Source of the DNA: Porphyridium purpureum
Taxonomy: Eukaryota
Direction: 5' to 3'
Length of the DNA: 64,000 bases
Assembly: GCA_008690995.1 (NCBI GenBank)
Contig: VRMN01000003.1
Span: 1,302,001-1,366,000, forward strand
Below are positions 1 to 9,067 of the stretch, piece by piece (within the stretch, counting starts at the first letter, position 1; every line of letters starts with the position of its first letter). Made by a program: the position numbers and the translations under genes. A model generated the notes under the pieces. It was not told the DNA's origin, made no database searches, and saw nothing but the letters and a program-made list of their open reading frames with translations.

Positions 1-2
1 CT

Positions 3-707
3 ATGCCCGTGATGCATATCGTATGCGAAGGCACCCGTTTTATGTCTGGTCAATGGTTGAAGCACGACTCTACATCGGGTGCTTTATTCGAGATTTTCTT
101 CCTGTGCTGGATTTCCGCGTACAATGGCGCACCACACATCGTCAAAGTCGACGCAGGATCCGCTTACGCAAGCCGGGAATTTCAGGCCCTTGCAAATGTG
201 CACGGTATTCACGTCGACGTACAGCCGATCGAAGGGCATCAATCGATCGGACGAGTGGAACGCGCGCATGGTATAGTCGGTATTATGTACGAGAAAATGA
301 TACTTGAAGATCTAGACGCAGACGCAGATGAAACGCTTGCACACTGCTTCTTCGTCGCAAACTCATCCTGTGGGCTTTCGGGAATCCCACCATGCCTTAT
401 GGTGTTTGGCTCGATGCCTCGGATGGTAATCAGTTCGATTCAAGATGTTCCCTCTCAAGCCGCGCGGATCAATGCCCTTGTTCTCGCACGTCGTGTGTAC
501 GAAGAATTCATCGCGAAACAGTACTTAAACATCGCGCTGAGCCGTCGCCACGCAGCGCTCGGTTCCGAAATGCAAGACACCGGTCCTCCTGTGCCTGGCG
601 ACCTAGTAATAATCGCCCGGGAAAGAAACCGCAGACGGAATTATGATGGGCCCTATCTGTGCGTCGCTGTTGATGGCCATAAGGTCTCAGTTCGAATGCC
701 GCCCACC
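3..707 (+). mobile_element. Ty1/Copia (GalEa-like) pol, integrase part; 5' end outside window; interrupted at 707 by Gypsy element 1
   Basis: Integrase core motifs (VDAGSAYASREF, GRVERAHG) plus SH3-like tail (PGDLVII...YDGPY). Reading frame continues at 9068 once 708-9067 is removed (VRMPPT|GAVRIFHVARVRKY). Confidence 0.85.
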
Positions 708-1025
708 TGCCACGATTTGGGGGGTTACCCCAATCGTCCGCTCGTGTCCCAGACCCCAAGCGTTCAAAACCAACGTCTTTTACTCTCTCACCTCTCCTCT
801 TCTGTCTCTCTTGCTCTCTTTCTCCCATCCCCGCCGTGAAGCGGCAGAGCTTAAATACCCTACAACTAGACCCTAAAGCTAACCGGACCGCCCAGTTATT
901 TTGGGGGCCGATGCACTGTACCGAGTGGTACAGTGCCCATTAGAATAGACTTTAGACTATAGCAAAAAAGATTAAAGAGGCGATTAGAAAAAGCTGCAGG
1001 TGGACAAAAGGGGTGGATCGTTACA
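708..1025 (-). repeat. 3' LTR of Gypsy element 1
   Basis: Direct repeat of 8746-9063; contains a 10-bp-stem hairpin gcactgtacc-gagt-ggtacagtgc (913-936). Confidence 0.97.
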
Positions 1026-1214
1026 CATCTCACGCAACCCCTAAGCCCTACATCTGCAAGAAAAAGTCCTGGCAGCCCGTCGGAGTAACCCGTGGGGAAC
1101 CGTGCAAAGCGCGACCGAAAATGCGCGCGGCTACCGGACATAAAAAAAGAAAGAAACAACAGAAAAAACGCGCGAACCGAAGTCCGACCCAAGAGGTACA
1201 GTGTAAGTACTGTA

Positions 1215-2604
1215 CAGCAAGTGACAATCAATTAAAAACACCCGCTAGTCGTTACCTTTTATAACAAAACATGGTAAATTTAGTACAAACTCGTTGAAGT
1301 AGAGATTTTACGCGCGAAGGGAAAGTGACAAACGATTAAAAACAGAGCAAGTTCAGAGAGTTTACCGCAGCAGTGAAGAGTAAAAGCGAGTTCTGAAAGC
1401 GCCACGTCCTTCCTTGGCCCAAGACCTTTCCAACGAGTCCCTTTGACACACTGTCACGCGAGCCTGTGACGCAGGAGCCCTCCATTTTCGCCAGGGCGTC
1501 CTAATCTGCCGTTCGCAGCTCTTTCACGCTATAAAACTGCTGGAATTCACCGTAAACGTGGCCTATTACATGTCTCCGAACATGGTCAATTGAATCCAAG
1601 TCTCGCGGGAGCGCAGGACTATCTCTAGCTTCCACATATTTGCTTTTCAATCGGTATCAGGTTTGCTCTGCCTTGAGGCAAGCTACATAGAGCAACATAA
1701 ACATGAAGCAACTGAGCTTTTTTACGGCTCTCATATTCACCCGAAATCTGTCCAACATGTTCACGCTTCTTGCGCTCCTCTCAATAGGGATACGATGGTC
1801 GCATGCGAAGGAGAAGTCTAAATTTTCGGGTGCGGTTGGCACTCCCAAGTTATCAAGCTGTGTGCACCGAACGTACAGATGAAATGGTTGACTGGGATAA
1901 GCTCTGACCCTCCCTAAGAGAAGAGGACACCATCAGAACCCTCCAATTCGAGCCTTTTAGGTCCGTAAATAACACTTGCAAGTTTTTCTCTGTTTTCAGC
2001 AGTAAAAACAACTCATTCATTTTGTGTGTGTCCATGACAGTTCTCCAAAGCTGGTATGGTCGTCTTCGTCTCGCACGTGCGCTTATTTCTGGTTCCAAGT
2101 CTGGTGCGTTGCGCTGAAATTGGCTCGGCACATGCTGATTACAGTTCTGTGCGAACCAAAAACGCTGCAAAAGAAGGCCTTGCTTTGGGACATTTTCAAG
2201 CTTTGGGTGCGGTTTGGATGTTATTCTTGCGTCATTCTGATCGGGTCTCCATTTGCTTTCCGTTTTGAGGCTATTCAAATACCTTTGTACTAATGGAACG
2301 GAGCAAAATCTCGATAGTCAATTCGTGATCACCCGCATCATGCATTCCTCCGTAACCACGCCACCAATCATGCTGGGCTCTTGTCCACTGAAAAACGTTG
2401 CTGTGCTCCTGATGAAATCGCGCCGAGCGCTCCTGTCCATGCTCTATGACCCCTGGAATGTGTGTTTGACTGCACTGTTTTTAATCGTTTGGACGCTCGC
2501 ACGGTCACCGAAAGGTCGACCTTCTTCAATTTTATTCTAAAATTACCTATTTTCATAGAAAATATGCAAAACAGCGGGTGTTTTTAATTGATTGTCACTT
2601 ACTG
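1215..2604 (-). mobile_element. Decayed Tc1/mariner (Tc3-like, IR/DR type) DNA transposon nested in Gypsy element 1
   Basis: 32-bp TIRs 1215-1246 and 2573-2604 (1 mismatch; CAG...CTG ends); TA on both sides (1213-14, 2605-06); inner repeats aaacgattaaaaacag at 1330-1345 and, inverted, 2475-2490; length 1390 bp. Confidence 0.9.
1405..2440 (-). pseudogene. Degenerate Tc3-like DDE transposase remnant (approximate limits)
   Basis: Minus-strand translation with stops gives KPHPKL...QRFWFAQN (cf. Tc3 PAPLL...KRLEFAKN), PALPRDLDSIDH (cf. WPARSPDLNPIEN) and HVYGEFQQFYSVKELRTA*DALAKM (cf. VY...YPTVASLKQGILDAW). Catalytic residues eroded. Confidence 0.7.
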
Positions 2605-3311
2605 TACACCCAACGACTGAACACCCGAGCACAGAGACGCACGCCCTTCAATCCGCGGAGGGAACCACGCGAAAGCGTCTCCCCACCAAACGACTCCATG
2701 AATCACGGCACCATCGCGCACCAGCACGCTCAACACCGCCATGCATCCGCATGTCAAGCCACGCCTCGAAACTCCAACGCAAACCCCTTCAAACACGAGT
2801 GCGCGCGTCAGAGTTTCGCGAATATTTCGGCACCCGCAGCCCGGATCGGCGACCTCACCATTCGCAAACCGTCGAAGCTACGCATAAATCGTCTTCTCCA
2901 GTGCCTTCACCACATGCTGAAGCATGCGCGCGCACACGCACGAGTGCCCTGGCCAACCACAGCGCGACCAAACCGTGAAAACCCGAATTCTTCCGGCACT
3001 TTCGTGGTCGCCACCGACACGCGAATAACGACTGCTCTGTAATCGCTCAGGCTAGCGGGCTGAAACTTGGCAGCAAGCTGCACGCCACCGGAGCGCTGCT
3101 GGCAAGCTCCACAAGTTTACACAAGCCCTGCAAAAAACATTTCAAAAGCGAATACTTGTGCGGATTTTGCATGCCTCACATTTGCACCCGGTACGAAGAA
3201 ACCGGCCCTGCTCAAACGAGTACTTGATGCATTCTTGGTGACCGCAACGGTGCATCGGCGCACAACGGCAGAGGCATCCGAGCGTCTGACGAGTGCCGCT
3301 GGCTCCCAGCG

Positions 3312-6300
3312 CTACCGGAAAGCACGACCACTGCGAGTCCGCAAAACATCCCCTTTTGACGCAAAGGAATCCTCGAACTCTCGCACGAGCGTCTCTGGAA
3401 GGTCCTCCGCGAGCTCCCACGTCCAGTCGGCGCGCTTCGCGCCGTACCAGGCCACCAAGAACTCGACTTGTCCGTCTCTCTCCCGGCGCTTCTGGAGACT
3501 GGAGATTTCCGTGAGCACGCTGCTCCGACGAGCGCTGTCTGCGTCAAAGTCGCTGCTTAGCTCCACGCTTGTGTCCACACGCTTGATGCGATCCACATGC
3601 ACAAAAAATTCCTCAGATGAGCTCCTGATAGTCGCCCGCGAGCCCTCAAGCGCCAAGAGTTCGTACGGTCCGACCCACGGTGCCTCCAACTTGCGCCCCT
3701 TCAGCGTTCCCAAGCCCCGCCACAGCATGACTGCGTCGCCAACCTTGACGAGCTGCCGCGCAGAAGTTCGGCTGACACTGGCTGCACTCCGTGCGAAGTT
3801 CTTCGCATGACTACGGTCAGACGCTGCCAGCGCCAGCGCGTGCATCATTTTGATGCGCCCGCGCAGCTGGTCAGCGAATGCTACAAATTCTTGCTCCGGC
3901 GCCTGCTCCTCTGGAACGATTGCTTGACTAAAGTCGTTTGCCGGGCGGCCAAACATGACCTCGTATGGGCTCAAACCGCCCAACGACGCATGCCGGGAAG
4001 CGTTGTACGCGTGTACTGCCAAAGGCAGAAACACGTCCCATCCCACATCAGCGTCATGGTCCGCCATTGCCCCCGCGAGCAGCCCACACAGCGTACGATT
4101 GTACCGTTCGACTACTCCGTTCGCCTTCGGATTGTGCGCCAACGTGAACACTTTCCCAATCCCCAGTAATTGGCTGATACGTGCCAAGAGTTCGGATCGA
4201 AAAGCTGGTCCGTTGTCACTCAAGAGCGCCTCGGGCGGCCCGAAAGGCGCCACCCACGCACTCAGGAGTCCGTCGGCTACCGACCGCGCCGTCTCATCCG
4301 CGACAGGCACGGCTACCGTAAACCTTGAAAAGAGGTCTGCAACCACCAGCACCTTGTCGAAACCACGCGCCGTTTTCGGCGAAATGGTGAGCAGATCTGC
4401 TGCTACCAGCTCAAATCGCCTTGTTGGGCGCCGCCTCCCAATCGGAACCTGCTGCTGACGACTTCCCTTTCGTCGCGCACAGAAACGACACGACTGCAAA
4501 AACTCACGGACGTCCGCCGTCCAACCAGGCCACCACCAGAGCCCACTTGCGACCCTGCCAATCGTCTTGGCGACGCCCATGTGGCCACTGGCGCTCGTCG
4601 AGTGGTAGTAACCGAGTACTCTACTCACGAGTGCGTCCGGCACCACACGCCTTAGCGGCTTTGTATGTGCCCATAGGATTCCATCTTCATCGCAGAAGTA
4701 CTCGGGCTCGCTGTACTCCGGCCGCTGAGAATTCAAATTCGCTATTTCTTTAGCAATTTGTTCATCCTCCGCGTACGCCGCCTTGAGCTCCTCCTTGCTC
4801 GGAAGTTCTCGCGCCTTCTCCGAAGAGTTCGCGACCGATGTCACGATACTTGCCATGCGCTCGTCGTACGATTGCAAGGGCTCGTGAGCCGGAAGTGGCT
4901 GACGCGATAGCGCATCCGGCACCTTGTTGCTTGGCCCTTTTATGTACTCCAGCACGAAATTATAGTCCGACAGCGCGAGTGCCCACCGCGCCAAGCGCCC
5001 TCGCGGTTCCTTCAAATTCAAGAGCCACTTTAAAGGCTCGTGATCAGAACGAATGCAAATGGACTCTCCATAAAGGTAATGACGACATTTCCGTACCGCC
5101 CAAACGACTGCTAAGCATTCGAGCTCTGTGATGGGATAATTCTTCTCCGCTGGAGTCAGCGCTCTCGACAGGAAACTTACAGGATGGAACGAGGATTCCA
5201 AACGCTGGTAAAGCGCGGCTCCAACGCCCAACGTTGATGCGTCCGTGTCAAGCACCCACGCAGCTCCCGGAATCGGTTGGTAAAGCACCACCGAAGGATC
5301 ACACAGCGCTGTCTTCAGCCTCTCAAACGCCTCGCGTTGAGCTTTCCCGAAGCGACTGCTCCAATCGACGCACTGGACGGCCTGACGTCTGCTGCTCTTC
5401 TTGGCCGACATCGCCAATCCCGCCAGCGCCTCTCGCAACGGCGCTGCGATCTTCTCGAAGCCCGGAACGAATGCTCGAAACCATCCCACGACGCCGAGGA
5501 AACGCTGTACCTCACTAGGATTAGCCGGAACCTCCCACGCGCGGATCGCCTCCACGTTCCGCCTCTTCGGCCGAATTTTTCCCCCCTCTACCTCGTGCCC
5601 CAAAAATTCGATAGACCTCGCCAGGAATGAGCACTTTGGGAGGGAAAACGTGAGCCCCTCCTCCTCGAACCTCTGTAGAACTTGGTCCAAGATTTCGAGG
5701 TGCTCTTCCTTTGACTTGGTGCCAACGATTAGGTCATCGATGTAGATCAAAGAGTTCTTCCAACGCAGATCCCCAAGAACGGTATTCATCAACCTTTGAA
5801 ACGTCGCGGGGCTGTTCGACATGCCCTGCGCAATGACGCAATAGCGGAACAGTCCAAGCGGCGTAATCATGGCTGTCAAATCACGGGACTCCGGATGCAG
5901 CGGTACTTGGAAAAACCCATCGGTCAAATCCAACGTGCTGAATAGCGAAAATCTTCCTGCCCAGTCAAGGCACTCTTGCACCAGCGGAATCGGGTACTTA
6001 TCCTTGACGGTGACGGCATTAAGATTTCGGAAATCCGTTGTCAGCCTCCATGCACCAGTCGGTTTGCGCACGAGTACGTTCGCGGACGCGTACGGTCCAC
6101 TACACGGCTCGAGGATTCCCTTTTTCAAAAGCGCCTTCACCATCGTCTCCTCCGCCACGCGCTCCGATTCAGAACGACGTCTGAGCTTCGCTGCGGGGAA
6201 ACTGGCCCCATCTTCGGTACGAATGACGTGCTGTACAGACCGCGCACGCCCTGCTTCAGCGCGGAAGACTCGCCAATGCTTTTGCACGACTGCGAGGAAC

Positions 6301-7145
6301 TCTTTCCGTACTGACGCACTTTCAACGTGATTCAAAGGGATCTCAGCAATCGCTTCGAGCGTCTCGCGCTCGATGACGTCTGGACGTTCCCAGCGAATGC
6401 TTGCAAGCTTCTGTCCTGCACCTATTTTGAGCGGTACTCGCGAAGAGTTCCGAACTCGCCACGAGCTTGGCTTTCGTGCGCTTGATGGCCCACTCTGCGG
6501 AAGCAAGACAGACACAGCTCGTTCCGTGAACGCTGGAATGACGACTTCTTGCGCACAGTGGATAAACGTTCGATCCTTGTTTGTATTCGTAAAACAAGGA
6601 ATCCTTTCCCCACCGCGCATCTGCACACACTGTTTCGTCAAATTTATACACTCGGAGTGTCTATGCCAAAATTCCATCCCCACGATGAGCTCTTCAGCCA
6701 GTTCCTCGACGACCAACACGCGCAGCGGTGTCTCGAGAGCGCCTAGACGCACGAGAACGACTGCTTCTTTTGCTGGACCCATTGTGCTTCCTTGTGCGTT
6801 GTCCACACGAGTCTTAGCTTTTTGCATTTGGGCACCCCAGCTCTCTGCGACTGTACGAGACGCGTATGAGTCACCCGTCGCGCCTGTGTCCACCAGCGCT
6901 CGCGTCGGGATCCAACTCACGGTTCCACGCACGTAAAATAAAACAAACGGTCGTCGGTCTACGGACCCACGGACCGAACACAGGACCCGCCTGTCGAAAA
7001 TGCGGACCTGCCCACATTCCAAGGACACCGGTAATAAATCTGTCGGGTCTTCCGGTGTCTCACACTTCCCAGCCTGCCCTTCCTGCAGCTGTACGAAGCG
7101 TGATGACTGCCCTGCGGCAGTCTTTAACCCTTGGTGCGGTGCGGT
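3312..7145 (-). CDS. pol: Gypsy element 1 pol (protease, RT, RNase H, integrase, chromodomain)
   Basis: LVDTGA protease; YIDD RT; DTDAS RNase H; HHCC and DDE integrase; C-terminal chromodomain (EFLVAWYG...DWTWE). Frame is open from 7145, directly after the gag UGA. Confidence 0.93.
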   Translation of the reverse strand, partial: TAPHQGLKTAAGQSSRFVQLQEGQAGKCETPEDPTDLLPVSLECGQVRIFDRRVLCSVRGSVDRRPFVLFYVRGTVSWIPTRALVDTGATGDSYASRTVAESWGAQMQKAKTRVDNAQGSTMGPAKEAVVLVRLGALETPLRVLVVEELAEELIVGMEFWHRHSECINLTKQCVQMRGGERIPCFTNTNKDRTFIHCAQEVVIPAFTERAVSVLLPQSGPSSARKPSSWRVRNSSRVPLKIGAGQKLASIRWERPDVIERETLEAIAEIPLNHVESASVRKEFLAVVQKHWRVFRAEAGRARSVQHVIRTEDGASFPAAKLRRRSESERVAEETMVKALLKKGILEPCSGPYASANVLVRKPTGAWRLTTDFRNLNAVTVKDKYPIPLVQECLDWAGRFSLFSTLDLTDGFFQVPLHPESRDLTAMITPLGLFRYCVIAQGMSNSPATFQRLMNTVLGDLRWKNSLIYIDDLIVGTKSKEEHLEILDQVLQRFEEEGLTFSLPKCSFLARSIEFLGHEVEGGKIRPKRRNVEAIRAWEVPANPSEVQRFLGVVGWFRAFVPGFEKIAAPLREALAGLAMSAKKSSRRQAVQCVDWSSRFGKAQREAFERLKTALCDPSVVLYQPIPGAAWVLDTDASTLGVGAALYQRLESSFHPVSFLSRALTPAEKNYPITELECLAVVWAVRKCRHYLYGESICIRSDHEPLKWLLNLKEPRGRLARWALALSDYNFVLEYIKGPSNKVPDALSRQPLPAHEPLQSYDERMASIVTSVANSSEKARELPSKEELKAAYAEDEQIAKEIANLNSQRPEYSEPEYFCDEDGILWAHTKPLRRVVPDALVSRVLGYYHSTSASGHMGVAKTIGRVASGLWWWPGWTADVREFLQSCRFCARRKGSRQQQVPIGRRRPTRRFELVAADLLTISPKTARGFDKVLVVADLFSRFTVAVPVADETARSVADGLLSAWVAPFGPPEALLSDNGPAFRSELLARISQLLGIGKVFTLAHNPKANGVVERYNRTLCGLLAGAMADHDADVGWDVFLPLAVHAYNASRHASLGGLSPYEVMFGRPANDFSQAIVPEEQAPEQEFVAFADQLRGRIKMMHALALAASDRSHAKNFARSAASVSRTSARQLVKVGDAVMLWRGLGTLKGRKLEAPWVGPYELLALEGSRATIRSSSEEFFVHVDRIKRVDTSVELSSDFDADSARRSSVLTEISSLQKRRERDGQVEFLVAWYGAKRADWTWELAEDLPETLVREFEDSFASKGDVLRTRSGRAFR

Positions 7146-8306
7146 TCATGCGGACCCAGGACCAGACGCATCTTTCGTCGGAAACTGCGTACGCGCACCC
7201 ACCTGTCTCTCCTTCGCGGCCGCATCCGTGCACTCTCTAGCCCAATGGCCCGGCTGCTTGCACACGAAGCACACGTTGCTCGCCTGAAGCACGCGCGCTA
7301 CCGCTTCCGCGATTGCGTTTACGGAATCCGCCGGCGACGGTTGCGACGCTCCTTGCGCGAAGGACTGCTCATCAAAATTTGAAATTTCGCGGTATTCATC
7401 CTCTTCGATGGCGCGAACTACTTGTGCCCGCGCGCCGCCGTAGGTCGGCTTCAAATAAGTTGAGAATTCGAGTTTCTCTCCGTAGTTGGAAATGAGCTCG
7501 TGAAGGAGACCTTCATACTCTTGCTGGTTCGCATGCAAACGTGCCATCTCCCGATACTTTTTAGGGAGTCCTTCGACGAAGTCTACCTTTAAGTCGGTGT
7601 CAGGTATCTGTAAAGCAGCGGCAAGATTTCGCAAGTCCGTGTGGTACGAAGTGAGTGTTTCATCCCGCTTCAGCTTGCGACCACGATACTCCACCCGAAC
7701 GGAGTCCTGCGTTGCCTGCGACCAAAAACGTTGTCCGGCCCAGTTCCACCGCTCATCCGCGGTAGCATCGACCCGAAGGGTTCCATTCAATAGCGCGGCG
7801 TTAAACATATGTTCGGCAGCGCCACTAAACGCGTAGACGACTACCTCTCGGACCCATCTTGGCGGAAAACCTTCGACACAACGCTCCCATTTGGTCAGCG
7901 TATTCATGAATTTTAAATCACGTGGACCCGTGATCTCGTTGCCTTTCATGGCATCACGCACGGTTTTCTCGAACCGAGATCTTTCAAACAAGTCCTTCAA
8001 ACGAGTGCCCTCGTTGGACGAGCCACTAGCTTGTCCTACGCTCGTTCTCTGAGCATAAGGATCCCTGTCAAGCAGTTGCGGCGGCGGCGATGTTTCTGCT
8101 AATCGCGCAGATACCGCTGCAGTGCCCAAGACTTCCTCTAACATGGACTTCAAGGAGTCCTTCAACTGGGAGAGCTGCTCCTCGACGCGCTCTTCCATCC
8201 CTGTGACCTTTTGTCGCAAGTCGTCAACATCTTTGCTGACCGACGATGCTGTTGGCCTGGACGCCTTCGCGGCCGAGCCCAACCCTAAAGGTTCTTGATC
8301 CGCCAT
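7146..8306 (-). CDS. gag: Gypsy element 1 gag
   Basis: ATG at 8306 (MADQEP); capsid-like region (FVEGLP) and CCHC knuckle CFVCKQPGHWAREC. Confidence 0.9.
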   Translation of the reverse strand: MADQEPLGLGSAAKASRPTASSVSKDVDDLRQKVTGMEERVEEQLSQLKDSLKSMLEEVLGTAAVSARLAETSPPPQLLDRDPYAQRTSVGQASGSSNEGTRLKDLFERSRFEKTVRDAMKGNEITGPRDLKFMNTLTKWERCVEGFPPRWVREVVVYAFSGAAEHMFNAALLNGTLRVDATADERWNWAGQRFWSQATQDSVRVEYRGRKLKRDETLTSYHTDLRNLAAALQIPDTDLKVDFVEGLPKKYREMARLHANQQEYEGLLHELISNYGEKLEFSTYLKPTYGGARAQVVRAIEEDEYREISNFDEQSFAQGASQPSPADSVNAIAEAVARVLQASNVCFVCKQPGHWARECTDAAAKERQVGARTQFPTKDASGPGSA

Positions 8307-8392
8307 CGCGTCCCAGACGTGAAAACGGCAATGAAGTAAAATCAACACAACTTTGAGTCCCAGACTCTCTACTACGATGCAAATGTCAAAAG

Positions 8393-8679
8393 GTGTCAGA
8401 TCCCGGATCTACGCCCACCTACTCTGCCTTCTTACTCGGCAGAGATTTCTTGTACGAAAAACGAACAAAATCACACACGAAGCACGAAGCAACGAGTGTT
8501 GAACGAACGTCTCACGCAAACCCCGTGTCCGAGCCCGGCTCACCACACGCCCTGGTTTGTAGCTAGTGCTTAAAACAAAGGATTCCCAGATGCACAGTGT
8601 CAGGTCCCAGACCTACGCCCACTGGTAGAAACAAGGTTTCCACAGGCTTTAAGGTGTCAGGTCCCAGACCTACGCCCAC
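8393..8679 (-). repeat. Three copies of a 26-bp hairpin-forming repeat in the element 1 leader
   Basis: gtgtcaggtcccagacctacgcccac at 8597-8622 and 8654-8679; variant gtgtcagatcccggatctacgcccac at 8393-8418. Confidence 0.9.
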
Positions 8680-8745
8680 CTCTCCCGCCCCACTCGATCT
8701 ACAACCACAACATAAGCCGCCACCCCTGTGGCAATTCGCGAATTG

Positions 8746-9063
8746 TGCCACGATTTGGGGGGTTACCCCAATCGTCCGCTCGTGTCCCAGACCCCAAGCG
8801 TTCAAAACCAACGTCTTTTACTCTCTCACCTCTCCTCTTCTGTCTCTCTTGCTCTCTTTCTCCCATCCCCGCCGTGAAGCGGCAGAGCTTAAATACCCTA
8901 CAACTAGACCCTAAAGCTAACCGGACCGCCCAGTTATTTTGGGGGCCGATGCACTGTACCGAGTGGTACAGTGCCCATTAGAATAGACTTTAGACTATAG
9001 CAAAAAAGATTAAAGAGGCGATTAGAAAAAGCTGCAGGTGGACAAAAGGGGTGGATCGTTACA
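8746..9063 (-). repeat. 5' LTR of Gypsy element 1
   Basis: Identical to 708-1025; minus strand starts TGTAAC and ends TGGCA. Confidence 0.97.
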
Positions 9064-9067
9064 CACC

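Larger units (their letters stand above)
708..9063 (-). mobile_element. Full-length Ty3/Gypsy LTR retrotransposon with chromodomain (element 1)
   Basis: Two 318-bp TG...CA LTRs, identical by eye; CACC on both sides (704-707, 9064-9067); gag and PR-RT-RH-INT-chromo on minus strand. Confidence 0.97.

Noticed and set aside
643..876. Identical peptide tails in ORFs 643-876 and 8597-8914
   Set aside because: Incidental translation of the duplicated LTR.
1026..3311. Possible env-like or extra ORF in the long 3' region of Gypsy 1
   Set aside because: Only short ORFs are present, and most of the extra length is explained by the nested Tc1-like element.
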